Below are positions 18,515 through 26,757 of a stretch of 32,000 nucleotides of DNA, in pieces. The position numbers and the translations under genes were made by a program. Below the pieces are notes generated by a model. The model made no database searches, was not told the DNA's origin, and worked only from the letters and a program-made list of their open reading frames with translations. This DNA comes from Clostridia bacterium (lineage in GTDB: Bacteria; Bacillota; Clostridia; Christensenellales; Aristaeellaceae), in NCBI GenBank assembly GCA_045599485.1, contig JAZRWA010000035.1, positions 16,480 to 48,479 of the forward strand, in the 5' to 3' direction. Position 1 is the stretch's first letter, and the number at the start of each line of letters is the position of its first letter.

Positions 18515-18550
18515 AAAACAGCAGGTCTTTGTGATAAGACCTGCTGTTTT
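18515..18550. terminator. bidirectional rho-independent terminator between convergent genes
   Basis: A 14-bp stem pairs aaaacagcaggtct with agacctgctgtttt. It has an A-run on one side and a T-run on the other. Confidence 0.8.
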
Positions 18551-18560
18551 TGTGTGCGGT

Positions 18561-19628
18561 TTATTCCTCCGTCATCAGCACGGCATCGGACATCTCCACA
18601 ACGCCGTCATATATGTTGTATTTGGGATTGCTCACTGTCAGCACATCGCCAGGCTTCACACCCGCCTCCTCAATGTCAAGGAAATCACCATTGATCTGCA
18701 GACCATACAGGTTGACTTCACCGGTTTCATCCGTCACGAGAGCCAACGAGGGGTTGATGATCTCTTTCACCGTCACGGTCAGCAAGCAGTTGCTGTACAG
18801 GCCTTTCGCCTCCAGCCATTCGCCGATGGTAACCGTCACGGGCGTTTCGCTGTACTCCAGCACCGTATAGCTGCCATCTTCCGTCCAGAGGATCATGCAG
18901 GCTTCCATGCCTTCCGGCACAGTCATGTCATTGATACGGCCGCTGCCTTTCAGGATCACGCCGCAGCCGGCATCCACGATGACATCGCCCTCCACAGCCG
19001 CGCCGTCCGCAAGGGTCATCACACTGCTGAGTTCAAGCACCTTGCCTTCCGGCACCACCAGGTTGCCTTCGATCATACATTCCGCCTGCACCGTCGTATT
19101 TCGCAATCCGTCCGTTGCCAGGGCTTCAGCAACAGCGCTTTCCGTCACATCCATATACAAAAAACGTGTTACCTCCACATCGGGACCAAAGCCCGCCGCG
19201 GGAGCGACCAGTATGCCGGCATTGAAGCAGATGTTGCAGTCATCGCTGACCTCACCCTCACCGATATCCATCACACCGCCGTTCACATAAAACTGGGCGA
19301 TGGCAAATCCCTCTTCAAAGGTATGTACCGTCGTCACCTTACCCTTTACCGTCAGTGTCACACCCTCCGGAATTTCCCAACTCTTTACAAAAAAGCCCTC
19401 ATCCGGGGCGGGGTGGAATACTACATCCGCCAAAATGGTAATGTCCTTGGTCTGCATCACATAGGAATCGGTCACAGTCATGTCCGCGGCAATCTCAATG
19501 GCATCCACCGTCTCGTTCATCAACGCCGCCGACAGCTCCTCCGGGGTGTTCACGATTGCTTTTTCCGCCATCGCGGCAGACGTCAGCACAAGCGTCAATA
19601 CGAACAATGCAATCAGTATTTTCTTCAT
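18561..19628 (-). CDS. secreted hypothetical protein
   Basis: Signal peptide is MKKILIALFVLTLVLTSAAMA. I recognise no family. It is the last gene of the HTH/kinase operon. Stop is TAA. Confidence 0.6.
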   Translation of the reverse strand: MKKILIALFVLTLVLTSAAMAEKAIVNTPEELSAALMNETVDAIEIAADMTVTDSYVMQTKDITILADVVFHPAPDEGFFVKSWEIPEGVTLTVKGKVTTVHTFEEGFAIAQFYVNGGVMDIGEGEVSDDCNICFNAGILVAPAAGFGPDVEVTRFLYMDVTESAVAEALATDGLRNTTVQAECMIEGNLVVPEGKVLELSSVMTLADGAAVEGDVIVDAGCGVILKGSGRINDMTVPEGMEACMILWTEDGSYTVLEYSETPVTVTIGEWLEAKGLYSNCLLTVTVKEIINPSLALVTDETGEVNLYGLQINGDFLDIEEAGVKPGDVLTVSNPKYNIYDGVVEMSDAVLMTEE

Positions 19629-19725
19629 AATCAGATTCCCTTCTCATTTTTCCTTTCGTTTTTTATGGTTCCCTCTCTGTCCCGGGGCAGTGGTCTTTGA
19701 CCCTCCTTTCGCATAAATCCACCGC

Positions 19726-20364
19726 TCACTTTGATTCCATCAGGCGTTCCACCGCTTCACCGCGGCAGAAAAGAAGCGATACATCCTTGAGGCCAACCGA
19801 AGCCAGCAGCTCTTCCGCGTAGTCCGTACCAAAGTTTTCAGCAATTTCCGACGTGCTCAGAAAAGCAGTGGTGTACAGCCGATTGGAGGTCACCAGCATC
19901 AGCATCAGATTATTTTCATAGACCAGCATCACGCAGTTATATCCCTCCATGTCCTGCACTTCATGGGCTTGCGACAAACCGATAGCGTCCATCATCGCAG
20001 GGTATGCCCGGCTGTATTGGCTGTTGATTTGCTGATTCAGTACCGATAGCAGCCCGCTGATATCCGTCTTCATCATCGTACAGAGCACGTCCACCTGCTC
20101 CCCCGGCAGTTCAAACATCACCACCGCCCGGGGATTTTCGGCATCGTCAGCAGCAAACTGCTCGGCGTAGAACCGATACTCCCGGTTGGAAGGCCACTGC
20201 GTGTTGCGCATCTGTTCCTGCATCTGAACCATACCGGATACCGCCGTTTGTACAAGTTGCTTTTGCCTCGCTTCCGGAATTTCTTTTTCCGCCGCCGCGG
20301 CGCTCACAAAAGCCAACAGCAGCACAAACAGCAGTGTGGCCAGCCTTTTCATCGGATTTTTCAT
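19726..20364 (-). CDS. secreted hypothetical protein
   Basis: Signal peptide is MKRLATLLFVLLLAFVSAAAA. It starts 19 nt downstream of the kinase stop. Stop is TGA. Confidence 0.6.
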   Translation of the reverse strand: MKNPMKRLATLLFVLLLAFVSAAAAEKEIPEARQKQLVQTAVSGMVQMQEQMRNTQWPSNREYRFYAEQFAADDAENPRAVVMFELPGEQVDVLCTMMKTDISGLLSVLNQQINSQYSRAYPAMMDAIGLSQAHEVQDMEGYNCVMLVYENNLMLMLVTSNRLYTTAFLSTSEIAENFGTDYAEELLASVGLKDVSLLFCRGEAVERLMESK

Positions 20365-20382
20365 TTTCTTTTCCCCCTTGGT

Positions 20383-22095
20383 TCATTCATACTGCACTTC
20401 AAAAAGCACTTCACCCAACGCTTCCACGTCCCCCCGACGGACGGCATCAATGACCAGTATCTTCAGTTCAGGCAGCCGTTTCAGCGGTGTCAGATCCTTC
20501 ACCTCACAGCCGGACATGCGCAGGTAGGTCAGTCCCGTATGGCGCTCAATGCCCTCCAGGCTTGTGACGCGCGTATGCTCAATGCTCAATCTTTCCAGCC
20601 CCGTCACCCCGATCAGCGTGTCCAGGCTGTCCAGATTCGTCCATCCCATCCGCAGATCGCGGATGCGTTTTGTGCCAAGGTACCGTCCGCTGTCAGTGCG
20701 GTTGGAGATATCCAGCAGTTCCATATCATGAAGCCCTTCCAACCCGACCGCGTTATAAGCAGAGGCGTCACACAAATCCAGATAACGAAGTTCCGGCAGC
20801 GTCAGCAGCGCCGTCACGTCGATCACGGGGTTATCATTCAACCCCACGGAGTGAAGCCTCTTCAGCCCCTTCAGCGGCGTGATGTCGCTGATGCGGTTAT
20901 GCTTGAATTCCACCTTTTCCAATTGGGTCAGTGCGGACAAGGGCGCAATCACCTCGACTTCATTGGCGGCGATCATCACCCTGCGCAGGTTGGGCAGAAG
21001 CGCAACATCCTCCAGCCGCGTGATGGTGCCATGAGACCTGCTGCCTCCCGCATACCAGCAATTAGCCGCCTCATAAAACTCATCCTCATTCATGGCGATC
21101 ACATCACCGAAAACATAAAGCCCCTCGATCTTTTCCAGTTGCTCCCGACTCAGGGCGGTCTCGCTGTCAACGCCAAGCATTTTCCTTACCGCCTGCTCGA
21201 TCACCGGTTCCATGAAGGAGATGGGCCTTGTTCCACCCTGCCGCAGAAACGTCATCCTTCCAAGCAGCAACAGGCAGACCGGCACCGCCGCGATCAAAAG
21301 CAGCGTTCTTGGGAGGATTCTCGGTCTTATCAATGCTTTTTTCACTTCCGCCGCTGAAGAAAAACGATCTTCCGGGGAAAACGCCGTGCATTTTTTGACG
21401 ATTCTTTTTAGCCTCCTGTCGTCAATCCCTTCGTATTCCTCCTGCAGTACACTGCCGGTCAGCATCCACCCCAGTACCATACCCAGCGCGTAGAGATCCG
21501 AACGGCAATCGGTCTGACGGAAGCCGTATTGCTCCGGAGGAGCAAAATGCTCCGTTCCCATCACCCGTGTATCCTTTTCACCGTGGCGATTATAAAAGCG
21601 GGCAATGCCAAAGTCAATCAGCGCGACCGTTCCATCCCCGCGCAGCAGAATATTTTGAGGCTTCACATCCCGGTGGATCAGCGGCGGCGTCTGCCCATGC
21701 AGATACGTCAAAATATCACTCAGCTGCAAGATGATCTCTGTCGCCTTTGCCGGGGAAAAGGTACCGTCTATATCTGCCAACGTTTTCCCTTCAATGTACT
21801 CCCGCAGGATGCACAGTCTTTCGCCGTCCTTCCACACACGCATCACCTTTGGCAGCCCCGGATGCGTAAGCATACGCAGTTTTTCCGCAGGACCCATCTC
21901 ATCGTTCTCCCCCTGCATCAGCTTCAGAATCGCTTTTCCGTCGTTCTTTCGGCTGCGCAGCAAAAGCGTTTCCCCTCTTTCGCTGTGTCCCAGGCATTCC
22001 ATCGCTTCCCAGTCCGCCGCAATTTCCTCCGGCAGCGGGTCCTTGACGCCGGCCAAAGCCTCCTGCAGGGATGCCTTCACATCAAAATCGTTCAT
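20383..22095 (-). CDS. receptor-like Ser/Thr protein kinase: cytoplasmic Hanks kinase, one TM helix, extracytoplasmic leucine-rich-repeat domain
   Basis: Kinase motifs are HRDVKPQNILL, DFGIAR and GTEHFAPPE. The TM segment is LLLIAAVPVCLLLLG. The C-terminal half holds repeated LxxLxLxxN-type units (LKRLHSVGLNDNPVIDVTALLTLPELRYLDLCDA...). Its ATG overlaps the upstream TGA (ATGA). Stop is TGA. Confidence 0.85.
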   Translation of the reverse strand: MNDFDVKASLQEALAGVKDPLPEEIAADWEAMECLGHSERGETLLLRSRKNDGKAILKLMQGENDEMGPAEKLRMLTHPGLPKVMRVWKDGERLCILREYIEGKTLADIDGTFSPAKATEIILQLSDILTYLHGQTPPLIHRDVKPQNILLRGDGTVALIDFGIARFYNRHGEKDTRVMGTEHFAPPEQYGFRQTDCRSDLYALGMVLGWMLTGSVLQEEYEGIDDRRLKRIVKKCTAFSPEDRFSSAAEVKKALIRPRILPRTLLLIAAVPVCLLLLGRMTFLRQGGTRPISFMEPVIEQAVRKMLGVDSETALSREQLEKIEGLYVFGDVIAMNEDEFYEAANCWYAGGSRSHGTITRLEDVALLPNLRRVMIAANEVEVIAPLSALTQLEKVEFKHNRISDITPLKGLKRLHSVGLNDNPVIDVTALLTLPELRYLDLCDASAYNAVGLEGLHDMELLDISNRTDSGRYLGTKRIRDLRMGWTNLDSLDTLIGVTGLERLSIEHTRVTSLEGIERHTGLTYLRMSGCEVKDLTPLKRLPELKILVIDAVRRGDVEALGEVLFEVQYE

Positions 22096-22577
22096 TTGTC
22101 CTTCTCCTGTCCCAAAGGAGTCAGCTCGGCTTCCATCAGCAGATACTGGGTTTCCATCACGGAAAGCCCATGCCCGATGGCATAGATCAGGATCGCCTCC
22201 CGCTTGAGCCGGGCATACAAAGCGGTCTTTCGGGCGATGCGCAAAAGCTCACAGGTCTATGAATAATCCAGTCCGAAGCCAATGGCCAGCTGCAGCACCT
22301 TGTCCCGCGAGGGCGATTTACGCCCGTCAAAGATCTGATATCCAAATACCCGGTCCAGATTGGCACGCTGGATCACCTCGGCCCGTTTCAAGCCCTTTTC
22401 CCGCAGCAGCTGCTCCAGATGCTCCCGCAGCGAAACCTCCTGCAGTGCTTCGGCATGGGTGTTCAGATAACGTTTAAAGTCCCGCGTACGCAAAATACCA
22501 TTGGTCAGTTCATCGGTCGTGAAACGTTTTTTTGTCTTGTCCATATCGGTCTTTTCTGGCACAAACATCACATACAC
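22092..22577 (-). CDS. XRE-type helix-turn-helix regulator; one in-frame TAG at 22257..22259
   Basis: Track ORF 22257..22577 ends at TAG. My translation continues in frame as TCELLRIARKTALYARLKREAILIYAIGHGLSVMETQYLLMEAELTPLGQEKDK, reaching a TGA at 22092..22094 that overlaps the kinase ATG. The start is uncertain, at 22577, 22568 or 22544. Confidence 0.7.
22257..22259 (-). other. in-frame TAG codon in the HTH regulator
   Basis: Context is ...LAIGFGLDYS-TAG-TCELLRIARK... Confidence 0.85.
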
Positions 22578-22630
22578 TTTTCTTTCATCCCGTTTCTGCG
22601 TTCAGTATAGCATAATGCGCATCTGAATTG

Positions 22631-22647
22631 GTATGCTGTCAGCATAC
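22631..22647. promoter_or_regulatory. inverted repeat GTATGCTG-t-CAGCATAC in the HTH/kinase operon leader (candidate autoregulatory operator)
   Basis: Perfect 8-bp arms lie 54..70 nt upstream of the minus-strand start at 22577. A TGcTATACT extended -10-like box lies just downstream on the minus strand. Confidence 0.4.
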
Positions 22648-22672
22648 TTTTTGAACAATTTCGCCAATTTGC

Positions 22673-22710
22673 AAGCAAAACATCCCCGCTCCTTCCGGAT
22701 GGCGGGGATG
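22673..22710 (-). terminator. rho-independent terminator after the 22737..23774 gene
   Basis: Stem pairs catccccgc (22681..22689) with gcggggatg (22702..22710). On the minus strand it is followed by TTTTGCTTGC. Confidence 0.7.
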
Positions 22711-22736
22711 TGTGCTTTGAAACGCTGTTATTCAGT

Positions 22737-23774
22737 TCAGTCTGCCACTGTAATGTGCTCCAGCACGGTATAGAGGAAATCCACATCTGCCGCGGTCAGC
22801 GGATTCGTCTTTTTCACGTAGATGTAAACATATCCGCCGTTGATGACCGCCGCACTGCGAAGCTGATTGTCACCGGTGAAAGGAAAAACAATGTATGGAA
22901 TACCATTGATCTCCTGAATATCATATGTTCCGGAAGCGGACATCACTTCGGCGATTGCGTCTGCCAACGCCTTCAGGTCGGCAGGGCTGAACCTGCGGGA
23001 ATCATCTGAAGCATCGTATTTTTTCTCTTTGGCACGGATATAAACCATGGCATTTTCACCGGTCAAGCCATTTTCATTGAGGCGCCAGATCATCATGTCC
23101 GTGCCCTCGCCCATCCTGAGCGCGCTGTCGATCAGGTCGTACGCATAGCCGCTGCGCTGAACAGACAGGCTGTCGTATGGCATATCCTGATATACGATGT
23201 TATACTCATTTTCAGACAGATCCACCAGCAGCGGCCCATTTTGAAGATAAAATCCACGATCGGTCAGATAGTTTTTCGCCTGCGTGTTTGTCTGCGCGTT
23301 CTCCTGGGCTTGAACAGAAAGGGCGTTCATGATACTGCGGCATGCTGCATCATCGGGATATTTTCCGCTGGTGCTGTCAGTCATCGCCGCTACCAGCAGT
23401 TTTGTTCCGTTCAGCGCCATGACAAAACGGTATTCATATCCCTGCTCGGTGTATCGAAAAGATGCACAGGGGATGCCGGCGGCGATCTCCTCATTTTGAA
23501 AGCCGTCATTCGTTCCGAACATCATCACCGCCAGTGTCTCCAGCACCATGTCCGCCATGCTGTCCAGCCACTACTGTTGATAACCAAAGTCCGTCAGTTC
23601 GTATGTGTTCACAGAAAACATCACATTATCCACGTAATACCAGTTGGAATACACCGAGGTGTTTTCCGGCAGAGCGATCCGGTAGCCAGTGCCCAGATCA
23701 TAAACCGTATCCGCGCAGGCGACGGTCAATAACAGGAGCAAGCTCAAAAGCAAACATAATGCTCTTTTCATCAT
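22737..23774 (-). CDS. secreted/lipoprotein-like hypothetical protein; one in-frame TAG at 23571..23573
   Basis: Track ORFs 23571..23801 and 22737..23558 share one frame (both start coordinates are 2 mod 3). They are joined as ...ELTDFGYQQ-TAG-WLDSMADMVLE... The signal peptide MMKRALCLLLSLLLLLTVAC lies upstream of the TAG, and the mature domain lies downstream. Stop is TGA. Confidence 0.7.
23571..23573 (-). other. in-frame TAG codon in the secreted protein gene
   Basis: Forward cta is in frame with both flanking ORFs. Confidence 0.85.
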
Positions 23775-23797
23775 GGTCGTTACACCTTTCGATTTGT

Positions 23798-26644
23798 TCA
23801 TTTCGTTTCCTCAGACTCTGCCTGTTCCACCAGCATCAGCAGCTTTCGGTTGCCTTCATGCCGCTTCAGAAGCATATTATGCACATTTTTCAGCATGGCA
23901 GAGGCTTTTTCTTTATGTCCCAATGCCGCAAGGCAGCGGGAGGTATAGAATCGGCATTGCAGAACCGAGCCCTCATCCACGTTTTCAAACAGGCTCTGGG
24001 CCTCTGCCAGCAAGCCAATGGCTTCCTCCGGCTTGCCGCACTGCAGAAGTGCCCGGCCACCGGCCAGAAAAGCTTCGCCCTCCAGTTCGGGGTCTGAATT
24101 CACATAGCCGCGGCAGTATGCAATCAGGTTCCTGGCGATCTTTTCGCCCTCTTCAAACTCATCATGATCCATCAGAAGGCGAAGATAGTTGCTATACGCC
24201 CTCACAACAGCTTCAAACCGTTCATCTTTTTCAAGCACATGTTTCAGATGGTCGCTGAGTTCTTTTCGTGTCTGCTGATACTCCCCGCACTTGCTGAGGA
24301 AAAAATGATAAGTGCTGCGGATGGGGGTCACCGTAGGCGAATCATCGGCATAACCACGCTTTTTCATGTTGTCCATCACGCGGCGCATCAGTGGAAGCGT
24401 TTCCGACCACTGACCCATATCCGCCAGCGTATACGCCATGCGGGAATCATTGGCGGCCTCCTGCACCGTACCTGTCAGACAGAGTTTTTCGATCAGCTCC
24501 CGCCCTTGTCGAAGCACTTCCGCCGCGCGCTGCTGATTCTGGTCCACAGCACGCAGCTTGCCGCCAAGAAAGTTGCAGTAATCCACCATACGTTTGTCAT
24601 CGTCGGGCCGCAGCCGTTCAAACAGCATATTCAGCTGTGCAGGTTCGGCATATTTGCCGCCAACCTCCAGCACGTTGAGCAGCAGTGAATAGTTGGTGGT
24701 GCTCAAAAGATCCTTTTCTTCACAGGTGCTCAGCGTTTCCACCGCACCACGATATTGTTCAGGCCGTGATCGCAGGATCGCCCACAGCAGCTGCATGATC
24801 TGATAATCGATCTCATCCACCGCGGTATGCTCATGGGTGTCGAGCCATTTGCGGTGCAGCTTAGGCAGATCATCGGTGATGCTGCCCGTGGGACGGGTCA
24901 TCACGCTTTGTTCAAGCCCGATGATCAGGGAAAGCGCTGTCCGATCCAGATGGGCGGTATAGCGCAGCAGATTTTCGGCCTGCGGTACAAAGCTCTGCGT
25001 CTTTTCAGTCATGGGCTACGCAAACATTTTGTTCAGCTTCTGCCACAGCTTCGGATACTCGTCGCAGCTGCCCGGCTCCTGACGCAGGTTCTATGCAATC
25101 ACGGGATGCATCAGATAACCGTCCTCATTCCATACCAGCCACCCCTCAGTATTGAGGCTGTTCAGCTGAGCGGACAGTTCCTTCTCGCTGTCCGTGATGT
25201 CGCAGGTATATTCCAACAGCTCCGCCGGTTTCCAGCTTCGATAACCCAAAGCCGCGATCAAACGGATCAGCGGACGCAGTTTTCCGGCCGGCAGTACGCG
25301 GTACAAGCCATTTGCAGCAGAGTTCAGTTCAGAGGAGCCAATGAGGTTCATCATGCCAAACTCATCCACATGCCGTCTCAGTTCCTCGATTTTCCAAAAG
25401 CGAGTACAGCACAGGCTGCCCAGCAGCGTCAGCGTCAACGGATGACCGTGTACGCAGTGCACCAATGCCTTCGCCTCTTCGATCTCTTCCTTTTCCAAGG
25501 TGCGGCCCACGCTCAAACTCAGCAAGGCTACCCCCTCCTGCTCTGTCATGGGGGGCACGGTTATCGTTTCCATGCCGTCAAAGGAAGTCATATGGCCTGT
25601 GATCAGAATATCACAATTAAAGCAGGCCAGCAGGTCCAGTCCGGCATCCTCGCGGGTATTGACGTTATCAATGATCAGCAGCGCCCGTCCCTCTTCGGGG
25701 TTTTCCAGCAACGCTTTCACGTTTTTGATACAGTCCGCCCCGGAAAGGCCTGTAAAAGCGGCGGCAAATCCGGCTTCCAGGCTTTTGTCATACTGCACGC
25801 ATGCAATACGGCTGTAGGCAGATCGCCGTTTGAGGATCGCCAGTACCTGACGGGCGAGCTCGGTTTTGCCGCTTCCGTCGATACCGCTCAGATAGACTTT
25901 TCCGCTATGTTCCAGATGGCCTATGACCTGCTGCGGCGTCAGCCCAAGCGCAATATATTTCTACGATGGCAGCGGCGCACGATACAGCACGCAATTGCCT
26001 CCCGTGATCACCGCTGTCTTTTTCAAAAGCTCGGTCACCAGGGAGCAGATCACTTCAAAGGTATTTTCCGGGTCGCGGCGCAGATGATTCAGCTTATCGC
26101 TGTTCATTTCCGACCCATATAAGGCAAACAGCGACAACCAGGCCAGACGGAAGGCATCCGCCACCAGACGACGGCTGCTCTCCTACGGCACGGCGGCACC
26201 AAACGAGCGGATGCTGGTCAGATAATCCCGTACGGGCGCCGCGATAAATACATCCGTTTCTGTACACTCTTTTTCAAAGCTGTTCATATACGCCGCGAAA
26301 GTTGCCGGATGATAACCACGTCCCAGCAAAAAGCGCGCGGCGTTGCGTGTCAATTGTACAAGGCCGGTCTGTGTCAGCGGCAGCTGCTCCCGCATCAGGC
26401 GCGGCAGCGAGTTGGGACCGGTGCGGTTCATCAGGCTGGATTGAACACGGGGATGTGATCCATCGGCGGGAAACAGCGTATTCAATGCAGATTGGGGAAG
26501 CACATCGGTCAGAAGGTCACGCCAAAAGCCCACGAGCGTCAAGCCATCCAGCGCACCGGGCATATAAAGCTCCCGGCGTGCCTGTTTGCTTGTCAGCACG
26601 CGATATATGTTTTTGGGGGTCAGAATCATGTTGGTTTCTGTCAC
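23798..26644 (-). CDS. STAND NTPase: unknown N-terminal domain of about 250 aa, NB-ARC ATPase, C-terminal TPR-like array; four in-frame TAGs
   Basis: Four track ORFs (26183..26725, 25961..26164, 25091..25798, 23798..25012) share one frame, with all start coordinates 1 mod 3. They are separated only by TAG at 26183, 25961, 25091 and 25016. Walker A (GIDGSGKT) lies between track ORFs. Walker B is LLIIDNV and the GxP motif is GHPLTL. The remaining roughly 400 aa are TPR-like helical repeats. GTG 26644 lies 7 nt after a GGAGG RBS. True stop is TGA. Confidence 0.8.
25016..25018 (-). other. in-frame TAG codon (STAND NTPase, linker before the TPR region)
   Basis: Context is ...WQKLNKMFA-TAG-PMTEKTQSF... 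Confidence 0.85.
25091..25093 (-). other. in-frame TAG codon (STAND NTPase, end of the NB-ARC winged-helix region)
   Basis: Context is ...EDGYLMHPVIA-TAG-NLRQEPGS... Confidence 0.85.
25961..25963 (-). other. in-frame TAG codon (STAND NTPase, just upstream of the P-loop)
   Basis: Context is ...VLYRAPLPS-TAG-KYIALGLTPQQVIGHLEHSGKVYLSGIDGSGKT... Confidence 0.9.
26183..26185 (-). other. in-frame TAG codon (STAND NTPase N-terminal domain)
   Basis: Context is ...SIRSFGAAVP-TAG-ESSRRLVADAFRL... Confidence 0.85.
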
Positions 26645-26675
26645 GGTATGGCCTCCGCTGCGGGATGTTAGTCGT

Positions 26676-26704
26676 ATTGTATACGATTCCGGGTGGATTA
26701 TCAA
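26676..26704 (-). promoter_or_regulatory. sigma-A-type promoter for the STAND NTPase gene
   Basis: On the minus strand: TTGATA (26704..26699), a 17-nt spacer, then TACAAT (26681..26676). It lies about 30 nt upstream of the RBS and GTG. Confidence 0.55.
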
Positions 26705-26757
26705 CTGCAAGACCGAAAACCGCATTCAAGCAGTTTCCGGTCTTGCCAACACATGGG

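Noticed and set aside
20383-22095. The Ser/Thr kinase as a PASTA-type PknB/PrkC orthologue.
   Set aside because: The extracellular region shows leucine-rich repeat periodicity (LxxLxLxxN) and no PASTA-like units. I therefore did not assign a pknB or prkC symbol.
5690-26644. Interpreting the six TAG-interrupted genes as pseudogenes, or as pairs of split genes.
   Set aside because: All nine interruptions are TAG, with no TAA, no TGA and no frameshift. The reading frame and the domain order are perfectly preserved across each one. Downstream fragments lack their own RBS and start contexts. TAG is never used as a terminator by the 28 other stops in the window. I cannot fully exclude pseudogenisation without genome-wide data.
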